A DNA stretch of 24,000 bases from contig CAXXYA010000002.1 of assembly GCA_963676805.2 (NCBI GenBank), positions 795,001 through 819,000 of the forward strand, written 5' to 3'. Positions 16,481 through 24,000 of this stretch are shown here, in pieces. The position numbers were made by a program, and so were the translations under genes. Under the pieces are notes generated by a model. The model saw nothing but the letters and a program-made list of their open reading frames with translations. It made no database searches and was not told the DNA's origin. This DNA comes from an uncultured Marinobacterium sp. (GTDB taxonomy: Bacteria > Pseudomonadota > Gammaproteobacteria > Pseudomonadales > Balneatricaceae). Position 1 is the stretch's first letter. Each line of letters opens with the position of its first letter.

Positions 16481-18592
16481 GTGCTGAGTGACGCGCAGAA
16501 ACAGGAGATACAAGGGGCTTATAGCCGCTTTCTGAAGAGCAGAGGGCTGAAGGCGCGCCCGGCTCAGAAGCAGATGGTGGCGGCCGTGGCACGTACGCTG
16601 GCGGCTGCCGAATCGGCCGCTATCAATCGAGCCGAGCATCCGGCAGTTGGTGTGGTCGAAGCTGGTACGGGCACCGGCAAAACCATTGCCTACCTGTTGG
16701 CGGCGATTCCGCTTGCGCGTGCCAAGGAGTACCGGCTGGTGTTGTCGACGGCAACGGTTGCCCTGCAGGAACAGTTGATCAACAAGGATCTGCCCGAAGT
16801 GGAGGAGCATGCCGGTCTGCCGATGACTTACCGTCTGGCCAAGGGGCGTGGACGTTATCTCTGCCTTAACAAGGTTGAGGGGCTGCTGGAACAGCAGGGT
16901 GTGCTGGGACAGATGGCGCTGTATGAAGATGAAGCCGCCGAACAGCTCGAGCCCGAGGTGCTGATCCGTTACCAGTCCTTCATGGACGAATACGCCTCCG
17001 GGCGCTGGGATGGCGACAGGGACGCGCTCAGCGAGGAGGTGGACGACCAGATCTGGCAGCCGTTGACCAGTGATCATATGCAGTGCAGCAACCGACGCTG
17101 CCTCAATTTCAGCGCCTGCCCATTTTATCGGTCTCGCGACCGCCTGGAAGAGGCGGATGTCATCGTAGCGAACCACGACCTGGTTCTGGCCGATCTGGCG
17201 CTTGGGGGTGGTGCCATACTCCCTGAGCCGGAAAAGACCATCTACATCTTCGACGAGGGCCATCACCTGGCAGACAAGGCCAGCAGCCACTTTGCGTTTG
17301 GGGCACGTCTGGAAAGCAGCCGACGGCTGTTGCGTTCGGCTCAGAAACAGCTTGCGCAGATGCTGCAGGATACCGGCTCGGCCGTACAGCTGGTCGATCC
17401 CGTGGAGCGCCTTCATCGCCCCTTCGAGGATATGAGTGTCTCCCTGGAGCAGCTGGAGGTCCTGCTGCGCCCGATGATGAATGAACATCCGAAGGATCGC
17501 TACCGTTTTGCCGGTGGCAAGGTGCCGGCGCCGTTGGTGGAGCCAAGTGCCATGCTGGCGCATGCGGCGGATCGTGCGCAGCAGCACCTGGAGCAGATTG
17601 TCGATGTGCTAAAGGAGGCGCTGGAGGGGGGGCTGGCCGAAGTTCCTCGCGCAGCAGCCGAACGCTGGTTTCCTCAGCTTGGCAGTCTTTGGGGGAGGGT
17701 GCAGCATATTGCCTGGCTTGCGCACAGCTACGCCCGCGAAGATGTCGAAGGAAAGTCACCCACGGCGCGCTGGATTAACCGGCATGAATCGCCTTCCGGC
17801 GATGACCTGGAATTGCGCAGCGCGCCAGTGTCCGCAGCCGATACCTTGTCGGAGCATCTTTGGCAGGTATGCCATGCCGCGATTCTGACCTCGGCGACAC
17901 TGACGGCGCTGGGGCGTTTTGACCAGCTGTTCGCGTCTCTGGGACTGCCGGCGGATACCGATGCGATTCGTCTCGATAGCCCCTTCGATTATGCTCGCCA
18001 CGGCGTCCTTCAGGTGCCGGCGATGAAAACCGACCCGGGTCAGCCTGACGCCCATACCGATGAGGTGCTTGAGCTGCTTGAACAGGAGCTGAAAACGGTG
18101 ACGGCCGGGCTGGTGCTGTTCAGTTCCTGGCGGCAGATGCGCTCGGTGCTTGAACGTCTGGATGAATCCATTAAAAATAGCGTTCTGGCACAGGGTGAGT
18201 ACAGCAAGCAGGAAACCCTGAGGCGGCATCGGCAGGCGATTGATGAGGGAAAGCCCAGTATTATCTTCGGTCTGGCGTCCTTCGCCGAGGGGGTCGATCT
18301 GCCCGGTCACTATTTGACCGATGTATTTATTACCAAACTGCCGTTCAGTGTCCCGGATGATCCGGTCGATGCTACCATGGCGGAATGGATTGAAGCGCGC
18401 GGTGGCAATGCCTTCACCGACTGGACCGTCCCGGCGGCATCGATGCGTCTGACTCAGGCCGTGGGGCGTCTGTTGCGAACAGAGCAGGACCGCGGGCGAG
18501 TTGTACTGTTGGACCGTCGCGTTGTAACGCGACGCTATGGCCGACAACTGTTAGACTCTCTGCCTCCGTTTCGGCGCGAAATCAACCGTTAA
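16481..18592 (+). CDS. dinG: ATP-dependent 5'-3' DNA helicase DinG (Rad3/XPD-like, Fe-S cluster)
   Basis: 703 aa, GTG start at 16481 preceded by GGGGGCAGG. Collinear with E. coli DinG as recalled: [21 protein letters not shown] (Walker A), [18 protein letters not shown], the Fe-S cysteines C-x4-C-x5-C ([15 protein letters not shown]), VVANH, DEGHHL (DEAH-type box), [15 protein letters not shown], and QAVGRLLR near the C-terminus. Confidence 0.92.
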   Translation: MLSDAQKQEIQGAYSRFLKSRGLKARPAQKQMVAAVARTLAAAESAAINRAEHPAVGVVEAGTGTGKTIAYLLAAIPLARAKEYRLVLSTATVALQEQLINKDLPEVEEHAGLPMTYRLAKGRGRYLCLNKVEGLLEQQGVLGQMALYEDEAAEQLEPEVLIRYQSFMDEYASGRWDGDRDALSEEVDDQIWQPLTSDHMQCSNRRCLNFSACPFYRSRDRLEEADVIVANHDLVLADLALGGGAILPEPEKTIYIFDEGHHLADKASSHFAFGARLESSRRLLRSAQKQLAQMLQDTGSAVQLVDPVERLHRPFEDMSVSLEQLEVLLRPMMNEHPKDRYRFAGGKVPAPLVEPSAMLAHAADRAQQHLEQIVDVLKEALEGGLAEVPRAAAERWFPQLGSLWGRVQHIAWLAHSYAREDVEGKSPTARWINRHESPSGDDLELRSAPVSAADTLSEHLWQVCHAAILTSATLTALGRFDQLFASLGLPADTDAIRLDSPFDYARHGVLQVPAMKTDPGQPDAHTDEVLELLEQELKTVTAGLVLFSSWRQMRSVLERLDESIKNSVLAQGEYSKQETLRRHRQAIDEGKPSIIFGLASFAEGVDLPGHYLTDVFITKLPFSVPDDPVDATMAEWIEARGGNAFTDWTVPAASMRLTQAVGRLLRTEQDRGRVVLLDRRVVTRRYGRQLLDSLPPFRREINR

Positions 18593-18597
18593 TCTGA

Positions 18598-20505
18598 ATG
18601 GATCCGATCTTGAGTACTGAAGACAAACAGACCACAGCTGCAGCGGGCTCTGAACAGAAGCCCAACTCCAACCGTCCGCGCCGTCGTCGCCGTTCGCGCA
18701 AGCCGCGTGATACCAGCGCTCAGCAGGGTGCCTGGGCCCCGATGATGTTCAAGGTGCCGGTGGTTGAAGGCAAGCGACGTTTCCATGATTTCGGTTTGCC
18801 AGACGTGCTGATGCACGCCATCGCGGACCTGGGCTTTGAATACTGCACACCGATTCAGGCCGCTACCATCCCGCATGCATTGCAGGGGCGCGACCTGATC
18901 GGCAAGGCGCAGACCGGCACCGGCAAGACCGCCGCTTTCCTGATCGGCATCATGACCGACCTGCTTGATTACCCGCTGGATGGCGAGCGCAAGCACGGCG
19001 AGCCGCGTGTGCTGATCATTGCGCCTACCCGCGAACTGGCACTGCAGATCGCGGCCGACGCCGAAGGTCTGGGCAAGTATGCCGATCTCTCTGTCGTCTC
19101 CCTGGTGGGCGGCATGGACTACGAGAAGCAGCGCAAGGCGCTGGCGGCCAAGCCGGTCGATATCCTGGTGGCGACGCCGGGCCGTCTGATCGATTTCGTC
19201 CGTTCCAAGGAAGTGGATCTGTACCATGTCGAAGTACTGGTGCTGGACGAGGCTGACCGCATGTTGAGCATGGGCTTCATACCGGATGTGCGTACCATCA
19301 TCCGTCAGACACCACGCAAGGGTGCAGACCGTCAGACTCTGCTGTACAGCGCGACCTTCACCGATGATGTGATGCGCTTGGCTGAGCAATGGACGCTGGA
19401 GCCGGTTACCATTGAGATCGAATCCGAGCACAAGACCACCGATAACGTGGCACAGAAAGTATTCCTGGTCTCCAGTAACGAGAAGTATCAGCTGCTGCGC
19501 AATTACCTGCGGGTCAACGGTATCGAGCGTGCCATCGTGTTCGGCAACCGGCGTCATGAAACTCGTGCGCTGGCGGAACGCCTGAGCAAGGATGGCATCA
19601 AGGCGGCGTTAATGTCCGGTGAGATCCCGCAAAACAAGCGCCTGAAAACGCTGGAAGACTTCCGCAGCGGCAAGATCGAAGTGCTGGTGGCGACCGATGT
19701 GGCCGGCCGTGGCATCCATATCGACGGCGTTACCCATGTGATCAACTATCAGCTGCCGGAAGATGCCGATGATTACGTGCACCGTATCGGCCGTACCGGC
19801 CGTGCCGGTCAGACAGGTACCTCGATCTGCTTTGCCTGCGAAGATGACTCTTTCCTGATCCCGGATATCGAGCGCGAAACCGGCGTCAAGCTGGAGTGTA
19901 TTCATCCGGAAGCCGAGCTGCTCAAGCCGCTGGCGGCGAACAAATCCAAGGCAGACAAACCGACGGAAAAATCCGAACAGAAGGATAGTGCCGAAGCCGT
20001 TGTATCTGAACAGGCGCAGCCTGAAACGAGCGAGCCGGACGCCGTCCAGGAAGAAGGCGATCAGTCCACAGGCTCTCAGACGTCTGAGGAGAAGGCAGAG
20101 GTTGGCGGTTTACAGTCCGATGCGGCGGATCGCTCCGGTGAATCGGCTGACATACTTGAGTCGGGTGAGGCCTCCGTTCCGGCCGAGATCAAGGATCTGC
20201 CGATGGAAGCCATGGTCGCACAGTCTGATGATGCTCCCGTCACCCCCGTTGTCGAGCAGGTAGAAACTGCGGCTGATTCAGAGGCCGAGAGCCAGCAGGC
20301 CGAAGCCGTTGCTTCAACTGAAACGGCAGAGCCAGCATCTTCTGAACAGGCTGAACAGGCTGAACAGGCTGAACAGGCTGAACAGGCTGAACAGGCTGAA
20401 CAGGCTGAACAGGCTGAACAGGCTGAACAGGCTGAACAAGCTGAACAAGCTGAACAAGCTGAAAAGAACGACCAGGTTGAAGAGACAGTTCGAGCAGAAA
20501 AATGA
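18598..20505 (+). CDS. rhlB: DEAD-box ATP-dependent RNA helicase, RhlB-like core with a basic N-terminal extension and a long acidic C-terminal tail
   Basis: All DEAD-box motifs are present: Q motif [61 protein letters not shown]. The core resembles RhlB ([36 protein letters not shown]). The N-terminus carries [12 protein letters not shown]. Residues ~445-635 are E/D/Q/A/S-rich low complexity. There is no clear SD at 18598, so the exact start is uncertain. Confidence 0.88.
   Translation: MDPILSTEDKQTTAAAGSEQKPNSNRPRRRRRSRKPRDTSAQQGAWAPMMFKVPVVEGKRRFHDFGLPDVLMHAIADLGFEYCTPIQAATIPHALQGRDLIGKAQTGTGKTAAFLIGIMTDLLDYPLDGERKHGEPRVLIIAPTRELALQIAADAEGLGKYADLSVVSLVGGMDYEKQRKALAAKPVDILVATPGRLIDFVRSKEVDLYHVEVLVLDEADRMLSMGFIPDVRTIIRQTPRKGADRQTLLYSATFTDDVMRLAEQWTLEPVTIEIESEHKTTDNVAQKVFLVSSNEKYQLLRNYLRVNGIERAIVFGNRRHETRALAERLSKDGIKAALMSGEIPQNKRLKTLEDFRSGKIEVLVATDVAGRGIHIDGVTHVINYQLPEDADDYVHRIGRTGRAGQTGTSICFACEDDSFLIPDIERETGVKLECIHPEAELLKPLAANKSKADKPTEKSEQKDSAEAVVSEQAQPETSEPDAVQEEGDQSTGSQTSEEKAEVGGLQSDAADRSGESADILESGEASVPAEIKDLPMEAMVAQSDDAPVTPVVEQVETAADSEAESQQAEAVASTETAEPASSEQAEQAEQAEQAEQAEQAEQAEQAEQAEQAEQAEQAEQAEKNDQVEETVRAEK
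20341..20466 (+). repeat. In-frame 9-bp tandem repeat (microsatellite) encoding (Ala-Glu-Gln)n within the helicase tail
   Basis: TCTGAACAG, then 9 perfect copies of GCTGAACAG (20350-20430), then 3 perfect copies of GCTGAACAA (20431-20457), then GCTGAAAAG. 20350 is codon position 1 of the helicase frame (GCT GAA CAG = A E Q). Confidence 0.97.
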
Positions 20506-20714
20506 GCGATACGCACAATCTGCAGCGGATCAGTACGGTGCTGGCGATCATCGCCAGCGCCTTTTTTGCCGCTGTGGCGATAGCGGGCTATCAACGCACC
20601 GAGGACCTCAAGCAGCTGCTGGTGTTCCTGGTACTGGCTGTGTTGGCGTTTGCGGTCGTCAAGTTTCTGTTTTTGGGTATCGGTCGTTTGCTGGACAAAA
20701 TCGACCCATCCTGA
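20502..20714 (+). CDS. Small (70-aa) predicted two-helix membrane protein, translationally coupled to the helicase gene
   Basis: The ATG overlaps the helicase stop (aaATGAgc: ATG 20502-20504, TGA 20503-20505). Two hydrophobic segments, [21 protein letters not shown] and [23 protein letters not shown], are separated by a charged loop, [10 protein letters not shown]3-rich codon usage matches the neighbouring genes. Confidence 0.55.
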   Translation: MSDTHNLQRISTVLAIIASAFFAAVAIAGYQRTEDLKQLLVFLVLAVLAFAVVKFLFLGIGRLLDKIDPS

Positions 20715-20754
20715 CGAGCCTCCTGAGGCTCAGGCTCAACCTGAGGGAGAAAAT

Positions 20755-21783
20755 ATGCATTCCCAGTCCCCTGTAGCCGTCCTGGGTGGCGGCAGCTTCG
20801 GCACGGTCCTCGCCAGTCTGATGGCTGAAAAAGGTCTGGTGGTTCGCCTCTGGATGCGCAATGAGGCTGCCGTTGCCGAAGTTAATCAGCAACATCGCAA
20901 TGAGCGTTACCTGCCCGGTCGGGATCTGGCGCCGACACTGACCGCTACTACAGACCTGGAGGAAGCGCTTGCAGGGGCTGAGGCCGTGTTCATTGCCATT
21001 CCCAGTATTGCCTTTCGTGACGTTCTGAAGCGGGCGGCGGTCTGGCTCAAGCCGGAACAGTTGCTGGTCAGCACTACCAAGGGGATTGAGGCGGGCACTT
21101 TCTGCCTGATGAGCCAAATCATCGAGCAGGAATGCCCCCGGGCACGTCTTGGGGTGCTGAGTGGCCCTAACCTGGCGAAAGAGATCGCGCAGAAGCAGCT
21201 GACTGCAACCGTCATAGCAAGCAGCGATGCCGAGTTGCGTGAGCGGGTTCAGGCGCTTCTGCACACCTCCTGCTTCCGGGTTTATGCCAGCACCGATACC
21301 TATGGTGTCGAACTGGGCGGGACCCTGAAAAACATCTACGCCATTGCAGCAGGGCTGAGTGCCGCTCTGGGCATGGGTGAAAATACCAAGAGCATGCTGA
21401 TGACTCGCAGCCTTGCGGAGATGAGCCGCTTTGCGGTCAGCCTGGGCGCCAATCCGATGACCTTTCTGGGCCTGGCCGGTGTCGGTGATCTTATCGTCAC
21501 CTGCATGTCGCCTTTGAGCCGCAACTATCGAGTCGGTTATGCCCTGGGCGAAGGCAAAACCCTTGAGCAGGCCGTCACTGCTTTGGGTGAAGTGGCTGAA
21601 GGTGTGAATACGCTGCGACTGGTGAAGGAAAAAGCTGAAAGCCTGGGTATCTACATGCCGCTGGTAGCCGGTTTGTATGAAGTCGTGTTCAACAATGCGC
21701 CGGTCAAGGAAGTTGCGCGCGGCATGATGCTCAATGTCCAGAGCAGTGACGTTGAATTTGTATTACCGCGCCAGGAGTGTTGA
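20755..21783 (+). CDS. gpsA: NAD(P)H-dependent glycerol-3-phosphate dehydrogenase
   Basis: 342 aa from ATG 20755 (SD GAGGGAGA ends 4 nt upstream). Rossmann motif [11 protein letters not shown] directly after the start. [57 protein letters not shown] and SRNYRVG match E. coli GpsA as recalled. The track start at 20650 overlaps the small ORF and adds a non-homologous extension. Confidence 0.93.
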   Translation: MHSQSPVAVLGGGSFGTVLASLMAEKGLVVRLWMRNEAAVAEVNQQHRNERYLPGRDLAPTLTATTDLEEALAGAEAVFIAIPSIAFRDVLKRAAVWLKPEQLLVSTTKGIEAGTFCLMSQIIEQECPRARLGVLSGPNLAKEIAQKQLTATVIASSDAELRERVQALLHTSCFRVYASTDTYGVELGGTLKNIYAIAAGLSAALGMGENTKSMLMTRSLAEMSRFAVSLGANPMTFLGLAGVGDLIVTCMSPLSRNYRVGYALGEGKTLEQAVTALGEVAEGVNTLRLVKEKAESLGIYMPLVAGLYEVVFNNAPVKEVARGMMLNVQSSDVEFVLPRQEC

Positions 21784-22244
21784 TGCGCCTGGTGATTTTG
21801 CGTCATGCCGAAGCGGAAAACGGTGCCGACCATGATCCAGACCGTGCGCTGACGTCGCAGGGAGTTTTGCAGGCGCGGGCGATGCAGCGACAGCTGCAGG
21901 CTGTGGCTGGAAACTACCGGTTGCTGAGCTCGCCGTGGAAGCGTGCACTGATGACGGCGACCGAACTGGCGGGCGGCACGCACCTGCTCGAGACTTCGCT
22001 GGATCTTATTCCCTCGTCATCACTGGTAGAAGCGGGAGCGCAACTGGAGCCGCTGTTCGTTGATGAAACGCCGCTGGTGGTGGTGACCCATCAGCCACTG
22101 TGTGGTCGATTGATTCATTGGCTCACTGACGGGCGTGATCAGGGATTGCCGATAGCGCCCTGCAGTGGTGCAGTGCTTGAACTGGACTGGCCGGCAGCCG
22201 GTATGGCGCGACTGGTGCGCTGGCTGGACGCTCATCCCTCCTGA
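21783..22244 (+). CDS. sixA: Phosphohistidine phosphatase SixA (histidine phosphatase superfamily)
   Basis: [12 protein letters not shown].. carries the RHG/RHA catalytic motif at the extreme N-terminus, as in SixA (E. coli MQVFIMRHGDA). ..SSPWKRALMTA.. and ..VVTHQPL.. supply the second His. About 153 aa. AGGAG lies 5 nt before ATG 21783, which overlaps the gpsA stop (TGATG). GTG 21777 and TTG 21780 are alternative starts. Confidence 0.8.
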   Translation: MRLVILRHAEAENGADHDPDRALTSQGVLQARAMQRQLQAVAGNYRLLSSPWKRALMTATELAGGTHLLETSLDLIPSSSLVEAGAQLEPLFVDETPLVVVTHQPLCGRLIHWLTDGRDQGLPIAPCSGAVLELDWPAAGMARLVRWLDAHPS

Positions 22245-22264
22245 ACAACAATGAGACTTTCTCC

Positions 22265-23113
22265 ATGATCGCTGAAGAGCTGCGCTTTGAAGTTAACGGT
22301 CAGTTGATGGCGGCTCGTGCAATTGGGCCTGCCGATGGTCGGCCTGTTCTGGCGCTGCATGGCTGGCTTGATAACGCGGCCAGTTTTCGAGCGCTGGAGC
22401 CGCATCTCGATTCGGTGCGCCTGGTTGCGCTGGACCTGGTGGGGCATGGTTTTTCTGCACACCGCCCCGAAGCGATGCCCTACTATATCTGGGATAACGT
22501 GGCCGATGTGTTGGCCGTAGCCGACGAGCTGGGCTGGGATCAGTTCCATCTGCTTGGGCATTCGATGGGGGCGGGCATTTCCTCGCTGCTGGCCGGAGTG
22601 ATGCCCGAGCGGGTGCTGAGCCTGGTCCTGCTCGAAGGGCTGGCCCCCCTGGCCGATGAGCCGGAAGAGCTGCCTGAAAAGATGGCATTGGCAATCAGGC
22701 GGCGGCAGCGCCGCGAGCGCAGTCCGAAATATTATCCGGATCTGGAAGCGGCCGTACAGGCGCGGATGAAAGGGCGGTTTCCAGTTACGGAACAGGCCGC
22801 CCGCTGGCTGGTCGAACGGTCTATAGTACATACGACTCAAGGGTTTCGCTGGCGCAGTGATCCGGCACTGGTTTTGCCTTCGGTGCTGAGACTGTCGGAA
22901 GATCAGGTGCGTGCTTTTCTGCGCAAGATCCTGTCGCCGGCACTGCTGATCATGGGGAGCGAAGGTATAGGCACGCCACTGCTGGATGAGCGGGCGGAGC
23001 TCATTGCCGGTCTGGAGCGTATTGCATTGACGGGTAACCACCATCTGCATATGGAAGAGGTGGCGGCCCGGCAGATCGCCATGGCGATCAATGCATTCCA
23101 TGCGAGGTTATAA
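22265..23113 (+). CDS. Alpha/beta-fold hydrolase (unknown substrate)
   Basis: 282 aa. HGWLDNAASF (oxyanion region), nucleophile elbow GHSMGAG, and a C-terminal GNHHLHME providing the catalytic His, as is typical of the alpha/beta hydrolase fold. Confidence 0.85.
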   Translation: MIAEELRFEVNGQLMAARAIGPADGRPVLALHGWLDNAASFRALEPHLDSVRLVALDLVGHGFSAHRPEAMPYYIWDNVADVLAVADELGWDQFHLLGHSMGAGISSLLAGVMPERVLSLVLLEGLAPLADEPEELPEKMALAIRRRQRRERSPKYYPDLEAAVQARMKGRFPVTEQAARWLVERSIVHTTQGFRWRSDPALVLPSVLRLSEDQVRAFLRKILSPALLIMGSEGIGTPLLDERAELIAGLERIALTGNHHLHMEEVAARQIAMAINAFHARL

Positions 23114-23127
23114 CGCTCAAGGAGAGA

Positions 23128-23979
23128 ATGATGAAAGTTGTGCTGCTGTCGCTGTTGTCCGTACTCTTTTTTTCGATGCCGCTGCAGGCGCAACAGCCTT
23201 CACTGCCGCTGGGGCTGGAGCCTTTTCCGCTGTCGACCATAATCAGCCAGCGCCAGCGTCTTGATCCCGACTATCGCCTGATGCTGGGGGGGATTGTCAA
23301 GATCAACGGCTTGATACGCAGTGATCGCGAACAGCGGTTTCAGGCGCAATTGACCCGTACCACCTGGCAGCTGCCGTCCGGCCATACGCCCGAGGCAGGG
23401 TTCAATTACCTTCGTGAGCAGTTGCTTGGCAAGGGGGCTGAAGTGCTGTTCGAGTGTGCCGGTCGTCAATGTGGTCCCAGCAGTCTGTGGGCCAATGACA
23501 TCTTTGGCCAGGCACGCCTTTACGGGGTTGATAACAGCCAGTTTTACGCGGCACTTGCCTTGCCTCAGGCGCACCTGGCCATTTATGCGGTTCGTCGGGG
23601 AAATGGTCGGGTGTATCTGCATCTGGACCTGCTTGAACATGATGCCCCTACGGCAACGGAATTAAGCGTGCGCCTGCGTCAGCAGGGTTATGCCGAGCTG
23701 CCGGACTGGCCGGATTCTACCGATCGCAGCGTACAGGCCCTGCTCGATCTCCAACAGGCATTTCCTGGTCGCGAGTTCTGGCTGGTTGTGCACTGGCGTG
23801 GTGAAGATCTGGACCTGACGCTGCGTCAGTCAGAAGAAGCGGCCAAACGTTTGATACGTCTGCTCAGAGACGAGGGCGGGGATGCCGAGCGTATCCGAGG
23901 GCAGGGTGTGGGTGCTCTGGTCCCCAGTGTGCTGGGCGGGCGCAAACAGGTAGCGGTTATCGTACTCGGGGAGGGCTGA
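23128..23979 (+). CDS. Secreted/periplasmic protein of unknown function (possibly DUF4892-type)
   Basis: Strong SD AAGGAGAG before ATG 23128. Clear signal peptide MMKVVLLSLLSVLFFSMPLQAQQ. A conserved-looking core, FECAGRQCGPSSLWANDIF, contains a Cys pair. The DUF4892 suggestion is from memory only. Confidence 0.65.
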   Translation: MMKVVLLSLLSVLFFSMPLQAQQPSLPLGLEPFPLSTIISQRQRLDPDYRLMLGGIVKINGLIRSDREQRFQAQLTRTTWQLPSGHTPEAGFNYLREQLLGKGAEVLFECAGRQCGPSSLWANDIFGQARLYGVDNSQFYAALALPQAHLAIYAVRRGNGRVYLHLDLLEHDAPTATELSVRLRQQGYAELPDWPDSTDRSVQALLDLQQAFPGREFWLVVHWRGEDLDLTLRQSEEAAKRLIRLLRDEGGDAERIRGQGVGALVPSVLGGRKQVAVIVLGEG

Positions 23980-24000
23980 ATGCCCTTCCCGAGGCAGGCC
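23980..24000 (+). CDS. Probable start of the next co-directional gene (only 7 codons in the window)
   Basis: ATG 23980 directly abuts the preceding TGA (cTGAATG), with GGGGAGGG 5 nt upstream. It reads MPFPRQA.., which is too short to identify. Confidence 0.3.

Noticed and set aside
15746-17587. A 613-aa minus-strand ORF in the track that would be the longest protein in this region
   Set aside because: Only its last 203 codons (from ATG 16357) are LexA. The upstream 410 codons run through the AT-rich promoter and SOS-box region and then antisense through dinG, with an Arg/His/Gln-rich, non-protein-like composition. It is an artefact of a stop-free antisense frame in GC-rich DNA.
20341-20466. 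The tandem repeat as a possible CRISPR array or other non-coding repeat element
   Set aside because: The units are 9 bp and directly abutting, with no spacers. They are in-frame inside a continuous helicase ORF, and there are no cas genes or leader. This is a coding microsatellite, not a CRISPR array.
16481-20714. The DinG-like helicase, DEAD-box helicase and small membrane protein as a phage-defence or type IV CRISPR-associated helicase module
   Set aside because: DinG is collinear end to end with housekeeping E. coli DinG, including the Fe-S cysteines. The DEAD-box core is RhlB-like with all canonical motifs. There are no nuclease, Cas, effector or mobile-element genes nearby, and the flanks are core genes (lexA, gpsA).
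20716-20731. The GAGCCTCctGAGGCTC inverted repeat between the small ORF and gpsA as a terminator
   Set aside because: The usable stem is only about 5 bp once a viable loop is allowed, and there is no following U-tract. This is too weak to call.
20650-20754. The N-terminally extended gpsA (377 aa) given in the track
   Set aside because: The extension overlaps the small membrane ORF in another frame and has no GpsA homology. The Rossmann GxGxxG follows directly after ATG 20755, which has a good SD (GAGGGAGA).
20076-20776. ORFs with SAC-, VQP- and NRL-type tripeptide repeats (20076..20594 -, 20240..20551 -, 20309..20776 +)
   Set aside because: They exist only because the 9-bp microsatellite lacks stops in every frame. 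The frame continuous with the DEAD-box helicase (AEQ) is the coding one.
1-24000. A genomic island, prophage or other accessory region that might hide a novel system
   Set aside because: I saw no integrase, transposase, tRNA or att-like boundary and no abrupt compositional block. Nearly every gene is a recognisable core function with conserved synteny. I therefore do not claim a new system, only the local oddities listed under findings.

Overview
This window reads as a compact, moderately GC-rich core-chromosome segment of a gammaproteobacterium. The order topA / PA3010-like ORF / sulA / lexA resembles Pseudomonas- and Oceanospirillales-type genomes, but the taxon cannot be fixed from sequence alone. 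All homology statements rest on motif and protein recognition from memory, not on a database search.

I support 21 complete or edge-truncated protein genes plus one 7-codon gene start at the right edge:
- a LapG-type protease (missed by the ORF track because its stop lies off-window)
- a MATE efflux pump
- gabD
- a class I phaC
- a CxxC glutaredoxin-like gene
- slt
- the ABC-F ATPase uup
- a UspA-family gene
- two uncharacterised membrane-anchored proteins
- topA and a topA-linked conserved hypothetical
- the lexA-sulA operon
- dinG
- an rhlB-like DEAD-box helicase
- a 70-aa two-helix membrane ORF
- gpsA and sixA
- an alpha/beta hydrolase
- a secreted unknown

I found no rRNA, tRNA, CRISPR array, transposase, integrase or other island hallmark, and no convincing evidence for a self-contained novel system. 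The region looks ordinary.

The leads most worth a second look:
1. The 123-bp lexA/dinG divergent region holds one perfect and one degenerate SOS box. It sits upstream of a very tightly packed dinG -> DEAD-box helicase -> micro-ORF string.
2. The DEAD-box helicase has a basic N-terminus and a ~190-aa acidic C-terminal tail. The tail contains a perfect 9-bp (Ala-Glu-Gln)12 microsatellite.
3. A 28-codon Cys-rich upstream ORF has a stop codon that overlaps the ribosome-binding site of the CxxC glutaredoxin-like gene.
4. A structured leader precedes one of two unknown membrane-protein genes.
5. Imperfect 25-nt direct repeats bracket the MATE gene.

Many long ORFs in the track are antisense or alternate-frame shadows of real genes and were rejected.
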